From a virus (taxonomy: Duplodnaviria > Caudoviricetes), in IMG/VR virus record IMGVR_UViG_3300043416_000175, positions 1 to 24,527 of that record: a DNA stretch of 24,527 nucleotides; one strand, given 5' to 3'. The notes beneath the pieces were generated by a model. It was not told the DNA's origin. It worked only from the letters and a program-made list of their open reading frames with translations, and searched no databases. Position 1 is the stretch's first letter. Every line of letters starts with the position of its first letter. Positions 7,229-15,972 of the stretch are shown piece after piece. The translations under genes were made by a program, and so were the position numbers.

Positions 7229-7464
7229 CATGGCGCCAGCTTATAACGTTGACCGACTACTGTAAAGAGCCGCGCACTATGCACGAATGCGAAGAGGCGG
7301 GTTTTACGCGCGACCAGGTATATGCTGCAGTTAAGCGCGGCCAGCTTGTAAACCAAAACCGGCGCGACGCCTGGGGCCGGATACGGCGCGGCGCTGGCTT
7401 GTTTACTGTGGCCGAAAAGCCGCCAGCTTATGACGCCCACGCGCTGGTTAACGCATGGGGGTGA
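7225..7464 (+). CDS. Hypothetical protein, possible winged helix (79 aa)
   Basis: ATGA overlap and AAGGGGG SD; pattern EPRTMHEC...TRDQVYAAVKRGQLV resembles a wHTH. Confidence 0.65.
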   Translation: MTWRQLITLTDYCKEPRTMHECEEAGFTRDQVYAAVKRGQLVNQNRRDAWGRIRRGAGLFTVAEKPPAYDAHALVNAWG

Positions 7465-7466
7465 GT

Positions 7467-7526
7467 ATGTGGTACGCGATAGCAGCTTATGCCCTGCGCC
7501 TAGTACTTGGCAAGCGTAAAAAGTAA
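7467..7526 (+). CDS. Possible 19-aa hydrophobic/basic peptide
   Basis: MWYAIAAYALRLVLGKRKK with GGGGGTGA upstream; ends exactly at the terminator. Confidence 0.35.
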   Translation: MWYAIAAYALRLVLGKRKK

Positions 7527-7552
7527 AAAGGCCCCGAAAGGGGCTTTTTTTT
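7525..7552. terminator. Bidirectional intrinsic terminator
   Basis: AAAAAG-GCCCC-GAAA-GGGGC-TTTTTTTT between the convergent early and replication operons. Confidence 0.9.
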
Positions 7553-9818
7553 ATGTTGTCTCGACCATGCGGCGAAGGTCTGACTTCGACATGCCGGCCA
7601 TGTCGGGCGCGCAAAATACATGTTTTCGGTTGTCATACTCGCGCGACTTAATGCGGCCCATGTCGGTCCAGCCGGCCTCCTTTAGTGCGTGCAGTAACGC
7701 GCCTTGGACTATCTTGGCGCCGGTTGGCGCCTGGCCCTGCAGCCGGTCGCATAGGCCATGGAAGGGCGCGCCGACCACGCCGCGCGAGAATTCACCGGAG
7801 CGCCTGCGAATGAGATCGACTAAAAACGCCTCCGACGTGCTCATGCCGTGCTCAATCATTATGGCCTTGGCTTCGGTCATTGGCGGCGGCGCCGATGGGT
7901 TCCAAGCGCTTACGTCGCGTTTGTGTAAGTACTCAGCCACTGCAGCAAAGCCGCCGCGCCTTTGGTACCAGTTCCACAAAGCCGTTGCCTGCGCTTCGTT
8001 TAGCTTTGACGCTTCGGCCCACAATACAAACCACCGGCGATCTTCGCTTGGCAGTGAGATTGCCACACGTTCGTTTGAGAATGCGACAACAAAAACCCGA
8101 TTTAGTGCGTAGTAAGGGTGAAGGCCCTTGCGGTTTATTGTCAGCAATTCAGGCGGTGCGGCGATGATTGGCTTTAGGGTATTCTCAAGCGCGCGCCGGT
8201 CCTTAGCTTCAGCTTGGCGTAACTCGGCAATCTCCATTACTTCGCATTCAAGCGCGTAACCCCACTGCGAGTTTAGGTCTTCGTTTTTGACTAGCGAGCA
8301 ATTGTGTTTGGCCTCGCCTCCGATGGCCCAAAAGAATGGCGCGAATAATGTGTCCTTGCCAGAGCCATGATTGCCACCCATTAGGATCGCGTGATTAATT
8401 TTGTGCGTTGGGAATTGGACCTTATGCGCGAGCGCGTTGAGTAAGTGATCGCGCTCGAATGCTTCAGGGACCATGCGCTCGACGTGCCGCAGCCATGGGG
8501 TGACGTCGCCTGGCACGGGTTTAGGTCTAGCGTCGCGCCAGCGATTGCCGTAGGTTTGCCCGTCGCGCACGACTAACACCGATGACCCTGCGGCGTAGGT
8601 GATGCCAACTAGCGCCTTGGCGCCTTTGGTTTGCCGGTTTTCATCAAAGGAGTAAGACGCCTCTATCTTGCGGCCGTTGTGGACCGACTTGCAGCCGATG
8701 TGCCTAAACAATGCGTTGAAGGTGCCACGCGCGAGTTCGCGCCGGTCTTGCATATCAAAATACGCGTCGTCTTCCTGAATGTATGCAAACCGGTCCCACC
8801 ATTCAGACTTTTCTACCCGGCCTAGTTCCTTGCGTTCAGTTTCAGCCACGATCGCGGCGGCGTCGTCTTTGAACATGTCGGTTGGCGTGAGTTTAGATAA
8901 CGCCTGATCCATAGCTTGGGTTAAGAGTTCCTCGCGCAGCCCTGGCGTATGTTTAGGGCCGCCGTTGTCGGCCACCCATTCTAGGAACGTATGCGAATTT
9001 AACTCTTGGCAGTGGCCGTGGTAGCAGCAATATGCACGGGTTGCCGGCATGTAGCGACCTTCAGGGTTGCCGTCGCTGTGTTGCGCGCTGTTAGGACAAA
9101 TGACGCCGGCCCAGCCTAGCCCATTAGGTTTTGACAATAGCAAACTGTTATCCGATAGCCAACGTAAAACGTCGTCGTTGCCATCGTCGGCCATCTTAAT
9201 CGGGCGTAAAGTGTCGCCTTGCTCCGGTTTAGGGATGACGCCTAGAGTGTCGCAGATATCTTGCAGGGTGTACTCGCGCTCTGGGTTGAATTCAGCCAAC
9301 CGGCTAACAAAGCCGCCTGCCGTAGGTTTTAGGTTTACGGAGCCAGGCAGTCGGAAGTTGCGAACCGGATTGCGCGCGCCTGGGTCGGTGTAGCCGGCCT
9401 CTGCGATTGCATCAACCGCAGCGACAAACGCGGCCTTGGATGGTTGCTCACTAAATGCGTAGCCCCACTGAAAATTACCAGGCGACGATTCGATCTTCCA
9501 CGTTGGCGCTAGTGGCGGCTCCTTGGACTTGGTGCCAATGTCGTCCAACATCAGGCAAAGCACAAACTCAATATTGTCCTTGGACGCACTGACTTTGCCG
9601 TCTTTGAATCGGTCGACAATAAAGCTGCCGGTGTTCACGTACCACGCCTGACCTTCTTTGGGTTTTTGCTTGGTCGGCAGATACGACGGCCACGTTGCGA
9701 CAATGGCTCCGTCAGCGTGTAGCTGCACTTCGCCGTTTCTCAACTGTGGTTTTTGTCGTACTATTAAAGGTGTTTCGCCCTCTGGGGCTAAGTTGCAGAT
9801 ATAATCTAAAAACTCCAC
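7551..9818 (-). CDS. Primase-helicase: RepB'-like AEP primase, Zn-binding domain and D5/SF3-like helicase
   Basis: Likely GTG start at 9818 with AAGGAG SD. Primase motifs LMLDD, ESSPGNFQWGY and RNFRLPGS; CP...H...CYHGHC Zn site; Walker A GNHGSGKD. Confidence 0.88.
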   Translation of the reverse strand: MEFLDYICNLAPEGETPLIVRQKPQLRNGEVQLHADGAIVATWPSYLPTKQKPKEGQAWYVNTGSFIVDRFKDGKVSASKDNIEFVLCLMLDDIGTKSKEPPLAPTWKIESSPGNFQWGYAFSEQPSKAAFVAAVDAIAEAGYTDPGARNPVRNFRLPGSVNLKPTAGGFVSRLAEFNPEREYTLQDICDTLGVIPKPEQGDTLRPIKMADDGNDDVLRWLSDNSLLLSKPNGLGWAGVICPNSAQHSDGNPEGRYMPATRAYCCYHGHCQELNSHTFLEWVADNGGPKHTPGLREELLTQAMDQALSKLTPTDMFKDDAAAIVAETERKELGRVEKSEWWDRFAYIQEDDAYFDMQDRRELARGTFNALFRHIGCKSVHNGRKIEASYSFDENRQTKGAKALVGITYAAGSSVLVVRDGQTYGNRWRDARPKPVPGDVTPWLRHVERMVPEAFERDHLLNALAHKVQFPTHKINHAILMGGNHGSGKDTLFAPFFWAIGGEAKHNCSLVKNEDLNSQWGYALECEVMEIAELRQAEAKDRRALENTLKPIIAAPPELLTINRKGLHPYYALNRVFVVAFSNERVAISLPSEDRRWFVLWAEASKLNEAQATALWNWYQRRGGFAAVAEYLHKRDVSAWNPSAPPPMTEAKAIMIEHGMSTSEAFLVDLIRRRSGEFSRGVVGAPFHGLCDRLQGQAPTGAKIVQGALLHALKEAGWTDMGRIKSREYDNRKHVFCAPDMAGMSKSDLRRMVETT

Positions 9819-9837
9819 GTCATCTCCTTGTTGACAG

Positions 9838-9863
9838 AAAAGCCGCCCGGCAAGGCGGCTTTT
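9838..9863 (-). terminator. Terminator-like hairpin between polymerase and primase
   Basis: AAAAGCCGCC-CGGCAA-GGCGGCTTTT perfect 10-bp stem immediately after the pol stop codon. Confidence 0.65.
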
Positions 9864-11800
9864 TACTTTCCGTATCTTGTCATAACCGACACACCGGCAG
9901 CAAGGGGCAAACCCTTGGCCCAGGCAGGCGGCGTACACATTACCTTCTCTAGCCTCGCGGCAGCTTCCACTGGATCAGCGCTTTCTAGCACGATTTCGTC
10001 GTGGACATGTAGCACTACATCATCCAATTGGCGCAGGGCGTGACGCAACAAATCATTGGCCACGGCCTGGGTGATATTCTCGCACGCTAACCCTTTCCAA
10101 AGTCTTGCGCGCGGCCATTCTTTTGCGTCTGCTGCCGGTTTCCATGCCGCCTTGGCATAGCTTATCCCGTCTTGTTCTAGTCTTGCGTACGGGTAGCAAA
10201 GCACACGGCCGGAGGGCAACATGTACCACAAGTGCTGGCCGTCAAACATGTACGTTACGCGGCCGACGGGGAACTCATGGCCTTTGTTTCGCATGGCACG
10301 CGTGTAGGATTCTTCTAGCTTTTGCCAGTAAGGCACCGACCAAGCATTGGCCCTGCGCCATGCATCCACCATGCGCTTGGCGTCGGACTCAGGTAGATGC
10401 ACGCCATAGACACGGCCCATGGCCGCGAAGGCGCCAATGCCACCGGCAAAGCCGCAAGCCAACTCTTGCACCTTGCCGATTTGACGCTGACGATCGTCTA
10501 CCGCATCGACTGCCACGCCAAACGTCGCGGCCGCGTTGACCTTATAAACGTCCTCGCCCTTGGCAAAAATTTCTAGTTTGCGTTCGCCGGCAAAGCAGTT
10601 AGACAGCCACGGGTTTACCCTTGCTTCGATTGCTGACCAATCGGCCACAACCAATTGCTTGCCTGCTGCAGGGATGAGCGCTGGTCTAAGCATTCCTTTA
10701 AGTACGTCGGTAACTCGTTCGCCGTACTTGGGGACGATTGTGTGGCCTCTGACCATAGCATTACGGACTGCGTCGGGCTCGGCAGCGCACTTACGGGTGA
10801 AGTTGTGGACCTGGGCGCCGTATGAACTAGCGCGGCCTGTCGCTGATCCTCCAGAGAAGACAAACGCGCCTCTAACTCTTTGATCTTCGACGTCTGCAAG
10901 GTCTGCAAGGCGGCTGAACTTAGCAACCGACGACGCCCATAGGTCATCGGCGCACTGTATAACCTCGGCAACAGCGGGCGGTATCTCATCTGGATTCTCC
11001 ATAGCGAGCAAGTTAGCCCGCACAGTTTTGTCAATTGAATATTTCTTCTCGCCGTCTTTGTGAGACTCCATCAGCTTTAACGCCTGCGGGCCTACACGAT
11101 CAATTACCCATTGGCGCATCTTAGGCGAGCGCACGCTAGTGATTGCGCCTTCGGTTACTTCGTCGACGATTTGCTCGATCTCGATCATTTCATCGCTTGC
11201 GAATTTAACCGCAGCTTGACACAGTGGCACGTCTACCATGACGCCGCGATCGTTGATACGTTCGTTGACGTGATAGTCGGCTAACTCATCTTCGCTCAAT
11301 GGCCGCATACCTAGACTGACCGCACGCATGGCGCGCACGTCTTGTTCACAGTAGGAGATCATCTCAGCCATGAGCGTAGCGTCTTGCCTAAATGAGCCGT
11401 TGGCCTGCGGGATAGACAGCAAGCGGATCAACTGCGCGCCGCGATGGTCTTTCTTCATAGACGCGCCAGCAAAGCGGCCAACGTCTTCTAGTGAGCCAGG
11501 CGCGCAATTGGCGCGAGCCTGCGTTGCTGTGCAGTAGAACTGCTCCAGCTTGAAATTGATCCCCAACACATACCAAAAGATCAAGCGCTCAAACGCCGCG
11601 TTGTGGGCGTAGATCAAACCGGTGTACTGGGCTACGGCAGCGGGGAATGGTTGGTCTGGCAACCAAGTTTGCACGTCGTCGTTATCAAAAGCGTAAGACA
11701 TGCACAACACTTTGGTGCTGATATCTTGTGCGTAGTTGTAAACGCCTGCGGCTTTTAGGTCGCAGGCGCTACGGGTTTCAAAGTCAACCCAGAGAGTCAT
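9863..11800 (-). CDS. polA: Family A DNA polymerase with 3'-5' exonuclease (APSE/SPO2-like)
   Basis: Exo motifs DFETRS, HNAAFER and YCEQD; motif A DWSAIEAR; motif B RQIGKVQELACGFAGG; motif C HVHDE. Confidence 0.95.
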   Translation of the reverse strand: MTLWVDFETRSACDLKAAGVYNYAQDISTKVLCMSYAFDNDDVQTWLPDQPFPAAVAQYTGLIYAHNAAFERLIFWYVLGINFKLEQFYCTATQARANCAPGSLEDVGRFAGASMKKDHRGAQLIRLLSIPQANGSFRQDATLMAEMISYCEQDVRAMRAVSLGMRPLSEDELADYHVNERINDRGVMVDVPLCQAAVKFASDEMIEIEQIVDEVTEGAITSVRSPKMRQWVIDRVGPQALKLMESHKDGEKKYSIDKTVRANLLAMENPDEIPPAVAEVIQCADDLWASSVAKFSRLADLADVEDQRVRGAFVFSGGSATGRASSYGAQVHNFTRKCAAEPDAVRNAMVRGHTIVPKYGERVTDVLKGMLRPALIPAAGKQLVVADWSAIEARVNPWLSNCFAGERKLEIFAKGEDVYKVNAAATFGVAVDAVDDRQRQIGKVQELACGFAGGIGAFAAMGRVYGVHLPESDAKRMVDAWRRANAWSVPYWQKLEESYTRAMRNKGHEFPVGRVTYMFDGQHLWYMLPSGRVLCYPYARLEQDGISYAKAAWKPAADAKEWPRARLWKGLACENITQAVANDLLRHALRQLDDVVLHVHDEIVLESADPVEAAARLEKVMCTPPAWAKGLPLAAGVSVMTRYGK

Positions 11801-12432
11801 CAGGCAGACCGACGGCGACGCTTAGGTTGCTCCGCTTCTGCTTCGACTTTGACGTCGGTGGCATCTGCGTCCATAGAAATCCACTCAACAATCTCAAACA
11901 CAGGCGTGTAGATTTTGCCGTAGGACTTATGCGCGTAATGGTCTTTCTTCAAACGCACAACTGCCACTGGTTTGTTCTGGTCTTTATCGACCTGATCAGC
12001 CAATGCCACTGCAAGCGTTTGCACTGAGCGCTTACCGCCTACCGAAGTAGTGGTGTAACGCGCTTCCATGTCTTTGTCGTCACCAGAGATGCATTTCAAA
12101 GACATACCGACTTGATTCTCCCAACCCTTCTTGGCTTGAGGTGGTGCCTCTTCCAATTCAGGTAATGGCTGGCTTACGCTGGCCATCTTTTCACCTAACA
12201 CTTCGCCGTCGCCCCAGGCGATAAAGCCATGGACAAAAGAGAAAGGATTGATGGCCCACAGAGAGTCGTCTTCAACTTCGGTTTGATCCGCGCCGAATAC
12301 CCAGTGACCGGTCTTGTCCATCTTTAAGATGACAACGCCGGCTGCGCCTACTTCGGATTGGATTGTTCGCAACGACGTTGCCAACGAACTGACTGCGGGG
12401 AGGTTTGCTTTAGAGAAGGTTACTAAACTCAT
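11800..12432 (-). CDS. Probable single-stranded DNA-binding protein
   Basis: Lies between the Cas4-like nuclease and the polymerase, the usual SSB slot. Beta-rich with aromatic residues (WVFG, FVHGFIAW, YGKIYTPVFEIVEW) and an acidic then basic tail. Confidence 0.6.
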   Translation of the reverse strand: MSLVTFSKANLPAVSSLATSLRTIQSEVGAAGVVILKMDKTGHWVFGADQTEVEDDSLWAINPFSFVHGFIAWGDGEVLGEKMASVSQPLPELEEAPPQAKKGWENQVGMSLKCISGDDKDMEARYTTTSVGGKRSVQTLAVALADQVDKDQNKPVAVVRLKKDHYAHKSYGKIYTPVFEIVEWISMDADATDVKVEAEAEQPKRRRRSA

Positions 12433-12442
12433 TTGATTTTCC

Positions 12443-13564
12443 TTAGTTGATTTTAGAAAGGGCTGCAGTTAACTGCTTCCCGATTTGCAACACTGCTGAC
12501 CGGGGATCACTCTCCGGGGCAAGCGTTGTGCCTGAAGACACTGCCACGACAAGATCGTCAGGCAATGCCAACTTGCGCTTTTTGAGTTCCTTCTCAGCCT
12601 GTGCAGGCGATAGGACCTCTGGTTCTTTATAGGCTTCTAGGCCCATTGCGGTCAATGCGTCGGCGGCTTTCTTATCGTCCACCCATTGACGTGTAGCGCG
12701 CTTTTGCACCAGTTTATACCCTGGCACAGGAGCGCCGCTATCCAACATTTGATGGGCCAAGGCGCGCAAGTCCTTGATCCAATCTTCTAATATATCAGCA
12801 TTGGCCAAGTAGCTGCCGATCATGTTTGCGTCTAACGATTTAATCGCTACTTGCAAAGCGCGGTCGGCGGCGCCGGTCATCTGGGGGCAGATAGGTTTGG
12901 CCGTACACCAGCGGCAATGATCGCCTGTGCGGATCATCGCGTTAGGATCTTCTGCTTCTTTAACCGCACGCATCAATTGCGCCTCGAACTCTGCAATGCG
13001 TTTCGGTGTAGTCACCCAGCGCTTGATTGCAGGTGGCTGCACGATGATGCATTCGATCTCAGTAGCGCCGTCGAATGCCCACTTTGATCCTTCAGTACGC
13101 ATGGCCGCAGCGGCGTAGAACATCAACTGTGCATTCTCTTCTGCTTCCACAGCAACGCCGTCGCCAAACTTCCAATCTAGAACGATAGCGCGGGTGCCGA
13201 TACGACCGATAAGGTCAGTGCTACCAAATACGCCAGGCAAGAGATCACCGAAACCGACGCGAGTCTCAGCTTCAATTTGCATCTCTTTGTTTGGGTCGAT
13301 CTCATCAAGCGCAGCCAATGCGACTTTGAGTTTGTTGTCGATCAGTTCTTGCGTGAGAACTTGGTCTTCGTATTTAGTACCAAGAAAACTCTCAGGCGTT
13401 CTATCGCTCATCACGATTTCAGCAATGACGTTGTGCAACAGCGTGCCTTCGTCTGCGTATTTGTTACTTGGTTGGGGCGGCATCTTTTGCACCAAGGCGA
13501 CTGAGCCTGGGCAGTTGATCACACGCTTTGCGGTTGAACCGCCAACAATATTACTGTGTTGCAT
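12443..13564 (-). CDS. Cas4-like PD-(D/E)XK exonuclease (DUF2800 type)
   Basis: ATG at 13564 (MQHSNIVGGSTAKRVINCPGS) with GAGG SD; EGTLLH, GSTD, DWKFG, QLMFYA and a CRWC...CP Fe-S-type cysteine cluster. Confidence 0.88.
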   Translation of the reverse strand: MQHSNIVGGSTAKRVINCPGSVALVQKMPPQPSNKYADEGTLLHNVIAEIVMSDRTPESFLGTKYEDQVLTQELIDNKLKVALAALDEIDPNKEMQIEAETRVGFGDLLPGVFGSTDLIGRIGTRAIVLDWKFGDGVAVEAEENAQLMFYAAAAMRTEGSKWAFDGATEIECIIVQPPAIKRWVTTPKRIAEFEAQLMRAVKEAEDPNAMIRTGDHCRWCTAKPICPQMTGAADRALQVAIKSLDANMIGSYLANADILEDWIKDLRALAHQMLDSGAPVPGYKLVQKRATRQWVDDKKAADALTAMGLEAYKEPEVLSPAQAEKELKKRKLALPDDLVVAVSSGTTLAPESDPRSAVLQIGKQLTAALSKIN

Positions 13565-13709
13565 CTTTAGTTTCCTCTTTAGTGAATGTGAATGTTTTAC
13601 TGTAGCTGTAGCTATCAAACTCTACTGTATTGAACTGATCAGGGAACTTATTTTGCGCCCATTCAAGCAAGATTTTCTCTGCTTCGGCTTGTGTCATCGT
13701 TAACTTCAT
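13551..13709 (-). CDS. Hypothetical protein (52 aa), first gene of the replication operon
   Basis: MKLTMTQAEAEKILLEWAQNKFPDQFNTVEFDSYSYSKTFTFTKEETKDATQ with strong AAAGGAG SD. Confidence 0.7.
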   Translation of the reverse strand: MKLTMTQAEAEKILLEWAQNKFPDQFNTVEFDSYSYSKTFTFTKEETKDATQ

Positions 13710-13738
13710 TTGACTCTCCTTTAGTTGATTGAGACTGA

Positions 13739-13771
13739 ACTATAGCACAAAAAATAATAGTGTGTTAAACT
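13739..13771. promoter_or_regulatory. Overlapping divergent extended -10 promoters
   Basis: Minus strand: TTAACA-18-TATAGT with TG extension. Plus strand: TG-T-TAAACT at 13763-13771, 7 nt before the VRR-NUC ATG. Confidence 0.6.
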
Positions 13772-13778
13772 TTTTGAC

Positions 13779-14060
13779 ATGAAAGAAAAAATAATTGAAA
13801 AATATTTAGTGCAACGCGTCAAGGACCTTGGCGGTAGGGCGTACAAATTTACTAGTCCAGCGCACAGGGGCGTTGCCGATAGAGTAGTTTGTTTGCCAAA
13901 TGGCCAGACTTGGTTTATCGAACTGAAGGCGCCTGATGGGCGTTTGTCAGAACTGCAAAAAATATTCGCGTCAGACATGGCGCTAATGAATCAGAAGTAC
14001 GCATGTTTATGGAGCAAGGAGCAAATAGATGGTTGGATCATTGAGGCCGTATCAAATTGA
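13779..14060 (+). CDS. VRR-NUC domain nuclease
   Basis: MKEKIIE...GVADR...FIELK...LSELQ, a PD-(D/E)XK VRR-NUC signature. Confidence 0.92.
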   Translation: MKEKIIEKYLVQRVKDLGGRAYKFTSPAHRGVADRVVCLPNGQTWFIELKAPDGRLSELQKIFASDMALMNQKYACLWSKEQIDGWIIEAVSN

Positions 14061-15324
14061 GGCGGCTGACTTTCTGTATGAGCGCGACCGCGCCATGATC
14101 TTGGCGCCGGTAGGGGCTGGCAAAACTGCTATCACCCTAGCGGCTATGCAAGACATGCTCGCCAATGGCGAGGTCACACGTTTTCTAGTGCTGGCGCCTA
14201 AACGCGTCTGCACTGACGTGTGGCCCGTGGAGCAACCCAAATGGGCGCCACGTCAAAAGATCGCTGTGGCCGTTGGCTCACCGAAAGAACGCCTAGCAGC
14301 GCTGGCGTCTAGCGCGCGCATTGTTGTGACTAACTACGACAACCTGCAGTGGCTGGCCGAACAAGAACTTGATTTTGATGCCATTGTGTTTGACGAACTC
14401 ACGCGGCTAAAGAATCCATCAGGCGCGCGGTTTAAGGCGCTCAACAAAGTCATCGAGCCTATGGTAATCCGCTGGGGGCTTACAGGCAGTTTCACTAGCA
14501 ACGGCTTAGAGGACGTCTTTGGCCAGTGCAAGATCGTCGACCAGAACCTGCTTGGCCGTGCCAAGGGCGCGTTTATGCAGCAGTACTTTGCGCTGATCAA
14601 CCGCGAGTACAACGATTGGCAGCCGCGCCCTGGCGCCTTGGCTTTGGTTATGGAACGCATCAAGCCGGCGACGTTTGTATTGGAGCCAGGCGAATACAAA
14701 GACAAACTGCCGACCCTGCACACAGTTGAAGTGCGCGGCAACCTGACTAATCGTAAACCCTATGACGACATGAAGACTGAGTTTGTCGCGCAGTTCCCCA
14801 ATGACCGCGCGATTGCAGTTAACGCTGGCGTCGTGACGGCCAAGCTGCAACAAATGGCGTCTGGCTTTGTATATGCGGATAAACCCGTATGGTTTGACAC
14901 ATCTAAATTTGAGCGGCTTGATGAACTATTAGAGGAAAACCAACATGCCAATACTTTGGTGGCGTACACGTACAAAGAAGAGTTGGCCGAACTCAAACGC
15001 AGATACCCCAAAGCCGCCACCCTCGACGACGACCGCGCTATTGAACGATGGAATGCTGGAAGCGTCGAACTTCTTTTGGTCCACCCTAAGTCAGCCGGCC
15101 ACGGACTTAACCTGCAGCACGGCGGCAGTCGAATCGTCTTCTTGTCCCTGCCCTGGTCGCTCGAACTGTATGAACAGACAATCGGGCGTTTGCATCGTAG
15201 CGGCCAGCGGCATGACGTGTGGTGCTACGTAATGATTTCTAATAAAACAGTAGATGAGAAGATTTGGGGCGCGTTACACGATAAGCGCGCCTTGTCAGAT
15301 ATCGCAATGGAGGAACTTAAATGA
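14029..15324 (+). CDS. SNF2-family (SF2) helicase
   Basis: LRPYQ, GAGKT, DE box (FDEL), LTGS, SAGHGLNLQ and QTIGRLHRSGQ. Confidence 0.93.
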   Translation: MVGSLRPYQIEAADFLYERDRAMILAPVGAGKTAITLAAMQDMLANGEVTRFLVLAPKRVCTDVWPVEQPKWAPRQKIAVAVGSPKERLAALASSARIVVTNYDNLQWLAEQELDFDAIVFDELTRLKNPSGARFKALNKVIEPMVIRWGLTGSFTSNGLEDVFGQCKIVDQNLLGRAKGAFMQQYFALINREYNDWQPRPGALALVMERIKPATFVLEPGEYKDKLPTLHTVEVRGNLTNRKPYDDMKTEFVAQFPNDRAIAVNAGVVTAKLQQMASGFVYADKPVWFDTSKFERLDELLEENQHANTLVAYTYKEELAELKRRYPKAATLDDDRAIERWNAGSVELLLVHPKSAGHGLNLQHGGSRIVFLSLPWSLELYEQTIGRLHRSGQRHDVWCYVMISNKTVDEKIWGALHDKRALSDIAMEELK

Positions 15325-15488
15325 CTAGACTAAACCTGTGGAAAGCGCAGCTTAAAGCCGCACGATCTATTCTAAAAATACATCAGAAAGACGCTAACGC
15401 CGCCAATCGAACATTAGTAAAAACCCTAAACACAATCACTAAACTGGAGATAAAAATTGACACTTACATGGCGAAAATTAAACGCTGA
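15321..15488 (+). CDS. Basic coiled-coil hypothetical protein (55 aa)
   Basis: ATGA overlap with the helicase and GGAGG SD; MTRLNLWKAQLKAARSILKIHQKD... Confidence 0.65.
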   Translation: MTRLNLWKAQLKAARSILKIHQKDANAANRTLVKTLNTITKLEIKIDTYMAKIKR

Positions 15489-15648
15489 ACTTAGGACCTT
15501 GGATGAAGTCAAGGTGCTGGAGATGTTGACCGACGAACGCGAAATTGGCAAACGTGTGGCCGTCTTGGAGCGGCTGCACCAGCGCTACACGACCTTGCGC
15601 GCGGCACGCGAGCGCATCGAGATACTGCAGGAGGCAAGGCGCCCATGA
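15457..15648 (+). CDS. Hypothetical protein (63 aa)
   Basis: TTG start with GGAG SD; helical, with ERLHQRY motif. Confidence 0.7.
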   Translation: MTLTWRKLNAELRTLDEVKVLEMLTDEREIGKRVAVLERLHQRYTTLRAARERIEILQEARRP

Positions 15649-15836
15649 AGTGTCCCATTTGTAACGCTTGGTCTATTGTGAAACAGACTAAGAAATCGCC
15701 AACCTTTGGCTACACCCGTAGACGGGAATGCGCTAATGAGCATAGGTTTACTACGCAAGAAGTCGTGGTGCCGCCAGAGGACATAAAACAAGAACAGCAA
15801 AAGAGACTTGATAGGAGTAAAAATGCCAACATTTGA
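15645..15836 (+). CDS. NrdR-N-like zinc-ribbon protein
   Basis: MKCPIC...RRRECANEHRFTTQE matches the NrdR/Ogr-type zinc ribbon pattern. Confidence 0.75.
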   Translation: MKCPICNAWSIVKQTKKSPTFGYTRRRECANEHRFTTQEVVVPPEDIKQEQQKRLDRSKNANI

Positions 15837-15972
15837 ATTATGGAGCCAAGAGAATCTAGCCAACTTTGCCAAAGAGTCTTACATTAAGATGCAACAGCAG
15901 CAGGACTATATTGAGCAATTGAAAAACGATTTGAAAGACGCAATCAACGCTTATAGGAGTTTAATCAAATGA
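15823..15972 (+). CDS. Coiled-coil hypothetical protein (49 aa)
   Basis: AGGAG SD; MPTFELWSQENLANFAKESYIKMQQQQDYIEQLKNDLKDAINAYRSLIK; ATGA overlap with the next gene. Confidence 0.7.
   Translation: MPTFELWSQENLANFAKESYIKMQQQQDYIEQLKNDLKDAINAYRSLIK

Noticed and set aside
6892-8167. Long alternative-frame ORFs 6892-7614 (-) and 7507-8112 (+)
   Set aside because: They cross the bidirectional terminator and overlap better-supported genes in GC-rich sequence.
9831-9836. TTGACA as an antisense promoter
   Set aside because: The best downstream -10 candidate is poor and no gene follows on that strand.
9819-9938. 40-aa N-terminal extension of the primase-helicase, or a pol-primase frameshift fusion
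   Set aside because: GTG at 9818 has a strong AAGGAG. The extension overlaps the pol end and the hairpin, and no convincing slippery site was seen.
13565-13618. Track start of the Cas4-like gene at 13618
   Set aside because: Lies inside the 52-aa upstream gene; ATG 13564 has an SD and gives the typical H-S...S N-terminus.
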